Position numbers and translations under genes: made by a program
Part shown: positions 1 to 12,229 of the stretch, piece by piece
Layout: every line of letters begins with the position of its first letter
How positions within the stretch are numbered: the stretch's first letter is position 1
The notes under the pieces: generated by a model
Told to the model about the DNA's origin: nothing
The model's database searches: none
Seen by the model: only the letters and a program-made list of their open reading frames with translations
Origin: Girardia tigrina
Lineage: Eukaryota
Assembly (NCBI GenBank): GCA_001938485.1
Contig: MQRK01219331.1
Span: forward strand, 1-51,578
Length of the DNA stretch: 51,578 bases
Direction: 5' to 3'

Positions 1-288
1 TTTTTTATATATAATAAAAGGGTATAAATACCCCAAATTGATAAAGTAAAAGGGACCCAAAAAACTCTCAAAAATTCTAAAGTAAATTTTGGTTGAAAAG
101 TGAAAGTTTGTAATTCAAAAGATTTTTCAAATATTGGGAATCCTCCATTGTAAATNNNNNNNNNNNNNNNNNNNNNNNNNNNNNNNNNNNNNNNNNNNNN
201 NNNNNNNNNNNNNNNNNNNNNNNNNNNNNNNNNNNNNNNNNNNNNNNNNNNNNNNNNNNNNNNNNNNNNNNNNNNNNNNNNNNNNNNN

Positions 289-1140
289 TCAAGAGAGGAT
301 TAACCAAAATATTAAATTCATTACAAAGTTGGAAGAACCCTTTGTAAGGAGTCAGATAATTATATTGGAATATTTATTTAAATTGATTAACAAAAGAATA
401 TATTTTTTGATACCCAACAAAAGTATTTAAATAAAATCATAAAAGATACTGTTGAATCCATTTATTTAAAATCAAATAATGCATCAAATATAACTTCGGA
501 AAATGACATTGATAATCAAATGACTGTCAATCTAAAATTACCGTACTCAGAGAGAGCAAAGGAGTTCAAACGATTTTTAGAACATCGAACACCTGTTGGC
601 TTAAAATTGAGAGTAATCTTTTTAACTAATAAATGCCGGAACTATTTTTCCAACAAATCAAAAACTCATTTGTGTATTAAGGCAAATCTAGTTTATCAAT
701 TCAAATGTCACAAGTGCGAAGCCTTGTACATTGGAGAGACAAGTCGTCATCTCCGCACTAGAATTGCTGAACATTCTCAATCGAGTAGAAATAGTTCGAT
801 ATTGAGCCATATTAAAAGATGTGAAGGTAATCTTATGGATTACAATAAAGATTTTAAAGTGATTTTAAATAATTTTGACACAAATTATGAAAGGATTATG
901 GCCGAAGCATTGTTAATAAAGCATCATAAACCATGCTTAAACGTGCAAGGTGATTCATCTAATCATATTAAAGTTTTTTAAATATCATTAAAATACTTTT
1001 TTAAAAGAAAAAAAGCATGTTTTTGAGATGTATGATGTAATAGTTTTTCAACTATATAAATAGCAATTAATCACGGCAATTTGCACTGAAGATGCCGAAA
1101 TGGTGAAACGCGTATGTATTGTGAATAAATTTAATATTCA
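289..1140 (+). mobile_element. Penelope-like retroelement, 3' part (GIY-YIG endonuclease plus 3' UTR/pLTR)
   Basis: ORF 520-981 has the PLE GIY-YIG signature NLVYQFKCHKCEALYIGETSRHLRTRIAEH...ERIMAEALLIKHHKPCLNVQ. It is followed by a hammerhead motif and (TA)n. Confidence 0.9.
1082..1118 (+). ncRNA. Minimal type I hammerhead ribozyme (PLE-associated)
   Basis: tgca CTGAAGA t gcc gaaat ggt GAAA cgcg TA tgta. Core boxes intact, stem I tgca/tgta, palindromic helix III, GUA cleavage triplet. Confidence 0.8.
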
Positions 1141-1160
1141 AAAATGGCCTTTCTTTTCAT

Positions 1161-1233
1161 TATATATATATATATATATATATNNNNNNNNNNNNNNNNN
1201 NNNNNNNNNNNNNNNNNNNNNNNNNNNNNNNNN

Positions 1234-1286
<53 letters not shown>
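1161..1286. repeat. (TA)n microsatellite spanning an N gap
   Basis: Seen directly. Further (TA)n tracts at ~10560, 11001, 15425, 20097, 31846 and 33068; (AAT)n at ~26707 and ~29611. Confidence 0.95.
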
Positions 1287-1287
<1 letters not shown>

Positions 1288-1288
<1 letters not shown>

Positions 1289-1501
1289 ATTTAATATGAC
1301 AAAAATGAAGTTTTATAAAAAAATATGTTTTGAATATGAAAAATATGTATTTAATATAAAAATATGAACAAATGTTTTAAAAATTCATTCGTTTACAATT
1401 CGGTCTGTCATATTATTTTCGTTCCATGACAATTCGACTTTTACTGTGTCGAATGAAAAATATGTCGAATTAAAAATTTCGTGTCGAATTGTCTGGTTAC
1501 C
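1288..1501. mobile_element. End of a non-autonomous DNA transposon with subterminal repeats
   Basis: Tandem 'tttaatatgaaaaa'-type units (same type as at 20133-20783), then repeated GTCGAAT motifs ending in GGTTACC. Confidence 0.4.
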
Positions 1502-1504
1502 ATT

Positions 1505-2528
1505 TTATTCATATCAAAACAATAATTAAAAAATTAACAAAATACATTTAAAATATCGTTCTTAATCTTTATTGAAATAGCTTCTTAAAAAAAATAATTG
1601 CATTTATTGTAGAATCAGTCATCCTGGTACGCATTTTGGTGCAAATAAATCCCGCAGAAGATAAAAAACTCTGATTCGGATGTATTGTTAATAAGTTGTT
1701 ATATCCTAAATTTAAATATTTTCCCTTCTCACCTTCGTCTTCAAAATGTGTTTTTCTTTTATTATTTTCAAAAAATCTTTTTTTTTCATTTTGGAGATCG
1801 TCATCACTTGTTATACTTTCCTTGTCTCCAATTTCTAGTTCTTCTTCCTCTAATAATCGTTTTAAAATACTAATGACTTCTTTTGTAAATTGTGCTTTCG
1901 TAATAGCATGAAAAATATCACAATTTATGAATTTTCCAGTATGAAGATATTTTAAAATTTGAGAACAGTCTTCTTTGTTTATTAATTATAATTTTTATTT
2001 CTTCAGCAAGGTCGTCCCCGACTGGGGATTTTGAAACAGTACGACACAGAGCCTATACGGCTTACTTTATTGGGGTTAATGCCGATATTGTGGTGGATAT
2101 CAAATCCAATTCCTCTTGTTTTAAGTTCAATTCTGAGTAGAGACTAAAATTCATTTTTTCGCCAAAAAGGCCTTTTGGGTACAATCCTTTAGCTTGAAAA
2201 ACAGTTCAAGCATGAAACTCAGACTATTCCATCTTGTGTTTGCATCAAGCAGCAATTTTACGTAAATTTGCTTCGAGATGTATGTGTTTTCTAGATAGCT
2301 GATTGAGAAGATAAAGATTTTTTTTCGTGGCATGTTAAAACACCGAAAAAAATCATCCAAAAAAACGTCGAAAAAGAATTGGCTCGGGCTATTAAAAAAC
2401 AATTAATTTTTCGTTAAAAACCACATATTTCTTTTTTTCTCCTAATGGTTTCACCATTCGTCAAAATAAGGAATTTTCGAAAACACGATGTTTCTGAAAA
2501 ATTCAGGGTTTTCAGAAATCAATCCCTC
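1505..2528 (-). mobile_element. Decayed hAT transposon
   Basis: LLLDANTRWNSLSFMLE (hAT TRWNS motif, ~2200-2260). C-terminal dimerisation-like segment SAGFICTKMRTRMTDSTINAIIFLRSYF (~1575-1665). GGGATTG-type terminus near 2528. Confidence 0.8.
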
Positions 2529-3113
2529 ATAGAACCATTCCTAACATTCATGAATGGTCTTCATTCGAATATTAACTTTACCACAGAATTGGAAGTAGAT
2601 AATAAACTTCCATTTCTGGACATTCTTGTCACTAGGATGAATGGGGGCTATAAAACTAAATTATTCAGAAAGGCAACAGATACAGGTCTTTACACAACAC
2701 CACAGAGTTTTTGTGAGGAAAAATACAGAGAGGGTATGATAAAAGGGCTTGTTCACAGAGTTTGTAATTTGTCGTCCNNNNNNNNNNNNNNNNNNNNNNN
2801 NNNNNNNNNNNNNNNNNNNNNNNNNNNTCTGAAAAATTCAGGGTTTTCAGAAATCAATCCCTCATAGAACCATTCCTAACATTCATGAATGGTCTTCATT
2901 CGAATATTAACTTTACCACAGAATTGGAAGTAGATAATAAACTTCCTTTTCTGGACATTCTTGTCACTAGGATGAATGGAGGCTATAAAAGTAAATTATT
3001 CAGAAAGGCAACAGATACAGGTCTTTACACAACACCACAGAGTTTTTGTGAGGAAAAATACAGAGAGGGTATGATAAAAGGGCTTGTTCACAAAGTTTGT
3101 AATTTGTCGTCCA
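2488..3113 (+). repeat. ~290-bp direct duplication across an N gap (probable assembly/haplotype artefact)
   Basis: 2488-2777 is repeated at 2828-3113 with only a few substitutions, directly flanking a 50-N gap. Confidence 0.85.
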
Positions 3114-3990
3114 GTTTTGAAATTGCAAATCATGGTTTAAATATTCTTAGAAGGCGCTTGAGGGACAATATGTATAAAAACAAGCAAATAGAACACAACA
3201 TTAGGGTAACATTAGACAAATTATGTACAGATGCACGAGTTAAAAAACAATTAAAAGAAGAAATTACTGAAGAATACAAACAAATCATTAAAATTCCATA
3301 TTCTGAAGGATTTAGAGTGTTTAAGAAGAGTATTTGTAGAACAATAAGTAGTGCTAAAGTAGTTTCTGTCACATCCAAAGTTCAAAGTTTCTTCTAAAAC
3401 AAATCGAAAACAGTTTGTGATTTGCAAGCTAATCTGGTATATAAATTTAATATTCACGGATGTCAAAACTCGTACATCGGAGAGACAAATTGTTATCTCA
3501 AAACACGGATTAGGGAAGACTCGCAAATGAGTCGATCGAGTAAGGTTCTTTATCATTGATTATGTTGTAAGGATAGAACCTCATCCATTTCAAAAGATGA
3601 GTTTCTGTTCTACAAAAGGGTTTTCATTCACATTACGAACGACAGTTTTGTGAATCTCTACTAATAAGACACTACAACCCATCAATTAACATTCAGAATG
3701 GGCAAAGTAAGGTTATTTCAATACTTAAAACTTTTAATTAAAATATTCTTTTTGCCATTATTACTCAATAATACTTTGATAAATAATAATTAATTAATTT
3801 TTTGGTTACCTTTTAGAGTAAATGTATCTATTAAAATTGTATTATTCAAACAATTCAATATTCATATACTAAACATTTAAAAATTGCTGATGATGATGTA
3901 TGTAAATATCGAAACATGTCCAATAATTATATAAAAAAAGCTTGAATCAAATTATATTTTCGAAATACTGAACTTGCGTTCACAAGACTC
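2529..3990 (+). mobile_element. Penelope-like retroelement, 5'-truncated (RT C-terminus/thumb plus decayed GIY-YIG)
   Basis: NINFTTELEVDNKLPFLDILV...YKTKLFRKATDTG (PLE RT). NLVYKFNIHGCQNSYIGET at ~3430-3490. Hammerhead at 3883. Confidence 0.9.
3883..3924 (+). ncRNA. Minimal type I hammerhead ribozyme (PLE-associated)
   Basis: attg CTGATGA t gatgt atgtaa atatc GAAA catg TC caat. Stem I attg/caat, stem II gatgt/atatc, palindromic helix III, GUC site. Confidence 0.9.
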
Positions 3991-4064
3991 AATATTATAT
4001 ATATATAATAAACTAGTTTTTAATGTAAACATATACAAAAGAAGGGTTCTCGGAATTTAATCTA

Positions 4065-4300
4065 TATCAACAGTGCAGATGTGGTGGTATAATGATATGG
4101 GAAATAATTTCATCAAATTGACTCTTTACATCAGAAGTATTCGAGGAAATTTTAAATCATGTAATTATTTAGAGATGTTTAAGGAGTACGTTGTGCGGTA
4201 AATTAAATTAAATTCAAATAAGTAATACCTCTATGTTCAAGATAATTGTACAGTACATGCGACTCAAGGATGTCTGATTTCGTTTATTGTAATGCGTAAC
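4065..4300 (+). mobile_element. Tc1-like transposase remnant
   Basis: GGIMIWEIISS and YVQDNCTVH resemble the Tc1 GGGxMxWG and QDNAxxH motifs; heavily decayed. Confidence 0.55.
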
Positions 4301-4609
4301 CAAATAATTTAAAAGAATTGGAAATTAGAATATTTCAAGCCGCCATGACAATAAACAACGAAATGAGAGATTTTATTAAAATATTTAATGACAATTATAT
4401 GAAAAGTCTGATTTGTGTATTGAAATAAAGTGGTTGTATACAGTGTCATGTGGTTAACTGTAGTTAACCAGCATTTAAGAAAAAAATGGCGGATTCTGAT
4501 TTTTTCTTAATTAGGCTGATAAATTAATTTGTTAAATTTAAATCAGTAAGATTTTTTTATAATATTTATTTGCAGAACATTTATTACAAAAATTAAGATG
4601 TTTCTGCAT

Positions 4610-5511
4610 TCAATCACCGTGGATATCGTTCTTCAGAATGCAGTCAACAAAGAATTTATTCGGATGATGCAAGTAATTGGACATATCTTTGTTGCTTTCA
4701 TTTGCTGCCACAGCCTCGATTTTCTCCTGCAAAACGACCAGCCTTTGGTGATGGCTTAATGTCAGGAGGCCTGGATGGTTTGTTATTGCTGTCCTGACTT
4801 CCCGCTTCATTGAGAATATGGCGGCAAATTGACCATTTCATGATTGGAGGTAGTATTGAAATGGATTCTCGCATTATTCTGGATTAAATAAAGTGAAATA
4901 AAAATAAACCCGATAGAAAGAATCAAGTAACTATACCACTCCAAGTAGAGCGAGAAGCGATATATCTTGGCGAGGGGTCGTTGATTGATGAAAAATCTGC
5001 GAGGCGAGTTGTGAACCCTGAAAAAAAAGAAAAAATTAATTAAGAATAAGCCCGAAATTAAAAAGTTACCTGTAGGACTATCCATTATAATTAAGGGGTC
5101 AACTGACCCTCTCCCGAAAGGCCATCCCACGGGCGGTCTAATTCCGAAATCCACAAGCTGAAATGACACTCCCCTGAGAAATTATATCCCTACAAAAAAT
5201 CAAGAATTAATTAAAACAAACAAAGATTAATTAAAAACTCACCATGAGTCAACCATCACCCGATAATTTTGACCGAGTCATCGGTGACGCGGCCGCACGT
5301 GAACTTTTGAATTTGAAGTGTGTCTGGACACACAGGCAAGATTCCTATAATATAAGAAAAAATTTCAAAATTTAAAATTTTTTACGAAGACACACCTACC
5401 CGAATCGACCAATCCGCGTGAAGGAAAAGTCCAGACACTTGCCTGGCCGAAATCAATTGGCCCGCAAGGATTAATAGGGTGTCTCACCAACATTATAAAT
5501 ACGTTAACCAT
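4610..5511 (-). pseudogene. Five-exon orphan gene (228 codons) with four in-frame stops
   Basis: Exons 5511-5400, 5344-5243, 5189-5070, 5017-4937, 4878-4610. Four GT-AG introns of 55, 53, 52 and 58 nt, all phase 1. Internal exons 102, 120 and 81 nt (multiples of 3). No recognisable homology. Confidence 0.7.
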
Positions 5512-6089
5512 TTTATTATTATTAGACAACAATTTTAAGCACAACTTTAAGCACAATTCCAAAACGCACGACAATAATCTTAATTGAACAAAGCAGAACA
5601 ACAGAATTACGGAGCAAAGTTTTAACGACAACGAGTTATAAAGGCGTACATAAAACGAAGAAAACCCAATAACCGAAGGAAAGAGCACCGAACGCGAACG
5701 AGGGAAAGAAAACAGAACGGAGTGACGATAATAAGGAAGAAGAAAACAGAACGCGAACAGAGATTGAACGAGGACAGCGGAACCCACGAGTATCCCGCTA
5801 TAACCAACCGACGGTTTACAATAATGCTTTATCCGAGTGACGCGTCGACGAGAAAAAGAACTAAGCAACCGAGACATTTGACCGGCTTCCGATTTTCGAA
5901 TTTAACCGTAAATTTTGATTTATTATGTTGATTGATTGTGGGACTCTAATCTTTATCATTTAATAAACGTATTGAATAATATTACTGCGGTTTTATTCTA
6001 TTTTATTTTATTTTTTTTGTTTATCATAACTATTTAGGAAGTTTATTAATGAACAGTTTGTATAGTAAATACTTGTTTTCCGAATAGAT

Positions 6090-6277
6090 TCAGTCCGTCG
6101 TCCCCGCCATCTTTTGGTAATGCCCCAAACAGAAGTCACACGGCACATGCCGTCCGAGAGCAACGGCGACCCGCCGTTCCTCGTCATTATCGACGTAAGG
6201 TCAATAACTTTGTCGGAATTCACTAGTGACAACTCTGTCGAGTCGATTCTCAACCAAACGGCGTTACAACTCCGTCC
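6090..6277 (-). pseudogene. GC-rich terminal-exon-like fragment with a PCxxCxxHY motif
   Basis: After an AG acceptor, the phase-1 frame reads TEL*RRLVENRLDRVVTSEFRQSY*PYVDNDEERRVAVALGRHVPCDFCLGHYQKMAGTTD*. Confidence 0.35.
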
Positions 6278-8583
6278 CTATCGGACAATTTATTAGAAAA
6301 AAAGCCGAAAAGGCGAGTATACGAATTAAGGTCCGTTTGAAATTAAATTAGCCCGTGATCATGAGATTGAATTACTACAATAAAACAACACTCGTTCATA
6401 TTTAATAAAATTTATTTTGATAAAAAAATTTTTTTTGTATTAATTTTATTTGTATTAATATTTCGCTAAGATTTTCATCATATCATATGATGATATGATA
6501 ATTCAAGTGGATTCGACATTCCTTTTACGATATCAGATTAAAATCGATATCACCTAATGTGATCTTAGATCTAATATTTTCTTCTGTCGAGTAAAACTAG
6601 TTAATGAGATTTGATTTTTGTTAACTGCTAGAAATATAATTACCAAATCGGGTTATTTATGATCGACTAGTTTTGGATATAAAGTTGGAAGTTTAAACAA
6701 AAGCTATAATTAGCAGTGAGTGAAATGAGTTTAGTAAATTTTCGTATAATTATAACGATATTAATCATTGGTAATGATAACGAGGAATTTAATATCTTAT
6801 GTCCAACAATTTTATTAATATTAATTACTGATAATTCTAAACATTTGGTTAATGGTTCTACTTTAGATAACTTTATTTGATAAGCGTAGATTTTATGAGT
6901 TACAGACCTATTTTTGCTAACTGAATTTGATGTAGATAAATTGATTTTCCGTGAATAAATCGATAAAGGAAATTGTCGTAAACCGAGTTGAGGAATAAAA
7001 TATACGCGCAATAAACCACTAGCAATATGATGATGATGTAACAATATAAATGAATTCACCAAACTTAGTTACATGCAGACATAACTGCCAGAAATTTCAC
7101 AGAACATAGGCAACACAGAACCGTACAATAAGTTCGCATTCATACAGTGCCACAAGTTTTCTTATATTATATATTGAACACAAACACAAGAGTCAATAAA
7201 GGTAGTAGGTATATCATCCCCGAGCGACACTTAGCTAGGTGGGGGGGCCATAGCCCATCCCGTCTATATCAGAACCCGAAGGTCCTTCAAACTCGGCACT
7301 GCCAGGTAGATGTCGAGCGAGAAGAGACGTCCGACCCGACATATAGGTAGAAATAAATAAATCTTATAATCGATGTTGGGTTGTGGCTGACCCTTAATAG
7401 CCACTGGGGGCTCAAGAGCTTTCAAAAATGTTTATGCTCGAGAGGGTCGTGACAAATTGTATGTGTGTTTTGTGTGTCTGAGGGGTAGAACATTATTTTC
7501 TATAATTTAAACTATTAATAAATGCGGTGAGTTATTTTTATCATCTGTTTAAACATATTTTATGATTTTTAATTGGCTATTTATTTTTAGATTTCCAATT
7601 TTCATTTGGATTTTACAATTGAAGGATGTTAAGTCACTGTTAATTGCAAGTGACTGTAGTACGTGAAAGGGTACACAAAGTAGAAAGAAAACTTTAAGAA
7701 GATGTTTAAGAATAGAAGAGACTTAGCTTTTAAGGACGATAAGAAAAAAATCAAGTGAAAAGTTTAGGCTTTTAAGGTTTCAAGTTTTTCATAAATATTT
7801 GGCATAGAATAGAAAATTCAATAGATTTCCTCTAAAATAAAAATTGTACTATAAAATATAGTATATATTCGACTTAAATTATTTATCCATAAAAGCTTGA
7901 GTTTTTTGATTTATATATATTATATATATTTTTATTTACTAAATCATTCATTATAAAGTAAATGTTTTAAAAAATATTAAATTTTGTTGTAAATATAGAT
8001 TTAAAAAATTTTAATTATTAGTGAATCTAATTTCTTTTTAAATTTAGTAGATTAGATTGTGTGGTAATTTAGATAAATATTTTTTCGTAATTTGGATTTG
8101 TACTAAATAATTTTAATTTACATTTAGAAATTTTTTGTTACTTTTTTTCTATAATTTAATTTCGAATTTCTATAAATTTATAATCAATATACAAAGTTTA
8201 ACTAACTTCGGAGATTCAGTACCGGCTATCTATTCATGGTTTTTTTTAAATATTGCTCTTTTCAATGAATAATTTCAATTAGGAAAGAATCATTCAGAAT
8301 GTTTTGGTGAAAATAAAAAATATTTACATTGAAAATCAAATTTAAAATTTAAATTGTATTTTTATGTAATAAAAGAACATTACAAAATATCTTTGTTATT
8401 AAAAAATAACATATCAAAAAATCAATTTTACAAATCAAAATTAAATTCGAAAATTGATTTTTCTCAGTCAAATTATTCCACTAAGAAAATTTGATTATTT
8501 TTACGATTTGTTTAAATCGTCACTAAAATTGTCACACTTTCAAAAGTCATATAAAGGCTTGTAAATTCAAATTACTGATTTTC

Positions 8584-8845
8584 ATGTCGTCATTTGACGG
8601 AAATATTAAAAGAAAATCATTTGATTCTTTTGAATATTTCTGCTATGACTGTAGTAAAAAATTATCTACTGAAGCAGTAGCGATGTTCAAAAGTCACATG
8701 CGCGATTTACCGAGCGACAATATCGACTGCATAGGTGACAGGTTCCTCGACATTTTCACTCACGACTTTCAAAAAAGATTCATTTCTCTGTTGTCTTCAA
8801 AATATTTCTCTCAAACGATATTGGATGATTTTGGTATAACGAACG
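8584..8845 (+). CDS. SH2B: SH2B/Lnk-family adaptor, exon 1 (Phe-zipper dimerisation domain)
   Basis: FEYFCYDCSKKLSTEAVAMFKSHM...DRFLDIFTHDFQKRF resembles the SH2B Phe-zipper (WREFC...RFAELFLQHF). Donor GTTTGT at 8846 is phase 1, matching exon 2. Confidence 0.75.
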
Positions 8846-10191
8846 GTTTGTGATTGATATATTATATTTATGTGATTGATTTATTTGAATATCATTAATT
8901 ATTGGAAACAATGCCGATGGAATATCGTTCTGTCCCCTGCTGAAATGAAACTCATATTTATAGGGTTACGTCCAAATAAAACTTTATACATCATTTCATA
9001 TTTAATTATTACTTAATTATTATATATTTACAAACAAAATTCATCCATTAAAAATATATTTAGTGAGAATATACAATCGTCTTCAATTGTATTTTTTCGT
9101 CCTTTAGCACATTGAAGATGGTTTGGGATGAAGAGTGTATAGCCTAAAGTCTAACATTTCGTTTTTTAAAATTTTCCTAAACTTTTATAACTTCCTAGAT
9201 AAAATATAACACTGAATAGCATGAAAAGGTTCTTTATAATTCAACACTATACTGTACACACCTTGGGGTATAGTTACGTAGTGACCCAAGCAAATATAAT
9301 AATACGATGATATGTAAAAAATTATAAGCATACGAGGAAAAATATTTATAAACATTAAAAAAATTACGTAAATCTTTAAGTAACCTAATCCTAAAGAAAA
9401 TAAACACATCGATTACATAATCACTTACTTCTTTGGGAATCACGACTAAACGCCTTGAATAAAAACGTCAAATTTAATGATTAAATTAATATTATTAAAA
9501 TTATTAAATTTAGTAAAACTTTATTTAATTAATATTAATATTATTAAAATGAATATTATTAATTGAATTTTTTTCAGAAAAGGGCTTAAATTAACCCATA
9601 AATAATCTGAAAATGTCTGAAAAAAATTTCAATGTATATTTGTAATGAAAAACTAAATTATAGAAAATTTAAATAGAGCCAAATCCATTTTGTAGATAGA
9701 ATTTTGATATTTTGTTTTTAAGAAAATATTTTTGAAAAGTCAAAATATTTTTAAATAATAAAAATGATATAAAAATATTATTTTATTCTAAATTTGGAAT
9801 TATTTTTATAAAAATAGTGAAAAACTGTCTTAATCTTTATTTTTTTAATATTATTATGAAGTGAAGTTTTTGATTGCGCAATCAATATATATATCTTTCC
9901 TTATGATTAGGTTACTTAAAAAAATTTTAAATAATTATTTTTTAATTTTGAAAATATTATACCTGGTATGCTTAAAATACATTTTATATATTGTCATATT
10001 TTTATATTTTATGAATTAGTGATATACTTTTACAATTTTATTAATTGTTAATTTCTATTATTATTTTTAGAAATTAACTTCCTTTATATAAAATAAATAA
10101 AAACAAATATTTAGTTTAGAAAAATATATTAAAAACTATTAAAAATAAAGATTTCAATAAAAAACGAAAAGAGAAAAAATAAGTTGTTTAA

Positions 10192-10996
10192 TACTTTCAC
10201 AAAAAATGCATGTTCGTCAAAGAAGTGTAGTTACAATAACAAGATAAATTAAGTTACTTTGAGTTGTATGGTGCACCAGATATTTAGCTCTTGGAATATA
10301 GATCTTGTTACCAGACAACGATAACCACTTTCATCTGATAAAGTTACCGATAAATTCCAATATTAAGGAAAAAATATTTTCTTTGGATAAATTGATCTTG
10401 GACAGCCCCTACTGTCGACAGAACTCTGCTTGTTAATCTAACGATTCAAGACATGCTTTGTAATTTCTTGCTTATTTACAACTTTGAGATTTCTGAAGAT
10501 ATTAACAGAAATCTCAATTGACACCTGTAAATACCAATTATTATTTAATTGACAATTTAATATATATATATATATATATATNNNNNNNNNNNNNNNNNNN
10601 NNNNNNNNNNNNNNNNNNNNNNNNNNNNNNNATACTTTCACAAAAAATGCATGTTCGTCAAAGAAGTGTAGTTACAATAACAAGATAAATTAAGTTACTT
10701 TGAGTTGTATGGTGCACCAGATATTTAGCTCTTGGAATATAGATCTTGTTGCCAGACAACGATAACCACTTTCATCTGATAAAGTTACCGATAAATTCCA
10801 ATATTAAGGAAAAAACATTTTCTTTGGATAAATTGATCATGGACAGCCCCTACTGTCGACATAACTCTGCTTGTTAATCTAACGATTCAAGACATGCTTT
10901 GTAATTTCTTGCTTATTTACAACTTTGAGATTTCTGAAGATATTAACAGAAATCTCAATTGACACCTGTAAATGCCAATTATTATTTAATTGACAA

Positions 10997-11040
<44 letters not shown>
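10192..11040 (+). repeat. ~390-bp direct duplication across an N gap (probable assembly/haplotype artefact)
   Basis: 10192-10581 is repeated at 10632-11020 with a handful of substitutions; both copies end in (TA)n at gaps. Confidence 0.85.
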
Positions 11041-11046
<6 letters not shown>

Positions 11047-12229
11047 NNNNNNNNNNNNNNNNNNNNNNNNNNNNNNNNNNNNNNNNNNNNNNNNNNNNNN
11101 NNNTATTTATTATTATTTAATTGTTTTTTATTATTTTCTTATTATTATAATTTATAATAATAACTTAAAATCATATGTAGAGCAGAAATAAGAGATCGAT
11201 TCATCGAATATTGGCCGACATTGGAGAAAAATTAATAACTATATAATAATTAAATAAATAATTAAATGAAATGTTAAAGAACTTTTAAATTAAATAATAT
11301 AAATTAAATTAAAATTTAAAAAAGTCAATGAAATAAAATTAAAGAGTTATCGTTGTTATGGTTTCGAGTTTGATGTTGCCAATAACGATTTCGATTAATC
11401 TATTCCATTTTAATCAAAACGTAAGTATGTAAATATGCAAAGTGTGATTTTGTGTTATTTTTAATATAAAAATAATTATGTCTGTGTCTTAATATATAAA
11501 ACGTGAAATTTAAGTATAAAAATAAAATTGAAAAAATGATTGTGGTTAAAAAATGAATTAGATAAATTGCTCGAATTGTTTACATAAAAATTGTTTATGT
11601 AATTTTACGGTTTGAAAAATAAAACATTTTGGTTTAAGTGATTAAAATCATTTTTTAAATCATTTGTAGAATCTATTCAGAAGGAAAATAATAAAAAGAA
11701 CATGGTCAGGGAATCCCGAAACCCGATTTTTCCTACTCCCTATATCAAGGGCGGACCCATGGGGAGTTAAAGGGGGTAAATCACCCCACCCCTGGATTTG
11801 CCCTTGTCTCTATACCTACCTGAGTTATACGCAATGAAACAAGAAGCTCAAGCACGGTAGATTCGATTTGATCATTTGTGTAAAGGAGATTTCGATGATT
11901 TATAAACACTTTTTGTTGTGTTAATCTAGTACAGAGTTTTACCTTCAAACCCGTCTTTTTTGAATTAAAATTCTTGTTTTTTGCATTCAAATTATTTTCC
12001 CCCTAGAAAGCTCAAATTTAAACATAAAACAGTGTCGCGGGATTGAGGGCTATGAGGAGGTAATTAATTTAGTTTGCTGATCGAAATTTAAATGGTTTTA
12101 AAAAATTGTTTTGAATTGAAATCAAATTAAAAATTAAAAAAAAATTAAATGATAATTAAATATTTTAACTTTGATATGAAAATATTCTGTATAAAATATA
12201 ATTTTGAAATATTAGAATATTATTTGATA

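Noticed and set aside
77-430. ORFs spanning N runs (also 1100, 10438, 16400, 32942, 34817)
   Set aside because: Their length is an artefact of gaps or microsatellites.
2445-3397. Apparent tandem duplication of a Penelope RT segment and chimeric ORF 2445-2867
   Set aside because: Near-identical copies directly flank a 50-N gap, typical of unmerged contig ends. The ORF start is hAT terminal DNA read into the PLE.
5365-5931. ORFs 5365-5877, 5622-5807 and 5722-5931
   Set aside because: Low-complexity purine/pyrimidine-skewed leader sequence; only the 5511-5400 part fits a spliced gene.
4610-6277. Alternative genetic code (stop reassignment) to explain the in-frame stops
   Set aside because: Both TAA and TGA would need reassignment while TGA also terminates, and SH2B in the same window uses the standard code. 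Nonsense mutation is more parsimonious.
6667-7062. 131-aa minus ORF, faintly C2-domain-like
   Set aside because: No convincing motif or splice context.
10192-11040. Tandem duplication containing a weak Ig-like phrase on the minus strand (NLSVTLSDESGYRC)
   Set aside because: The duplication flanks a gap (artefact); the motif is short and surrounded by stops.
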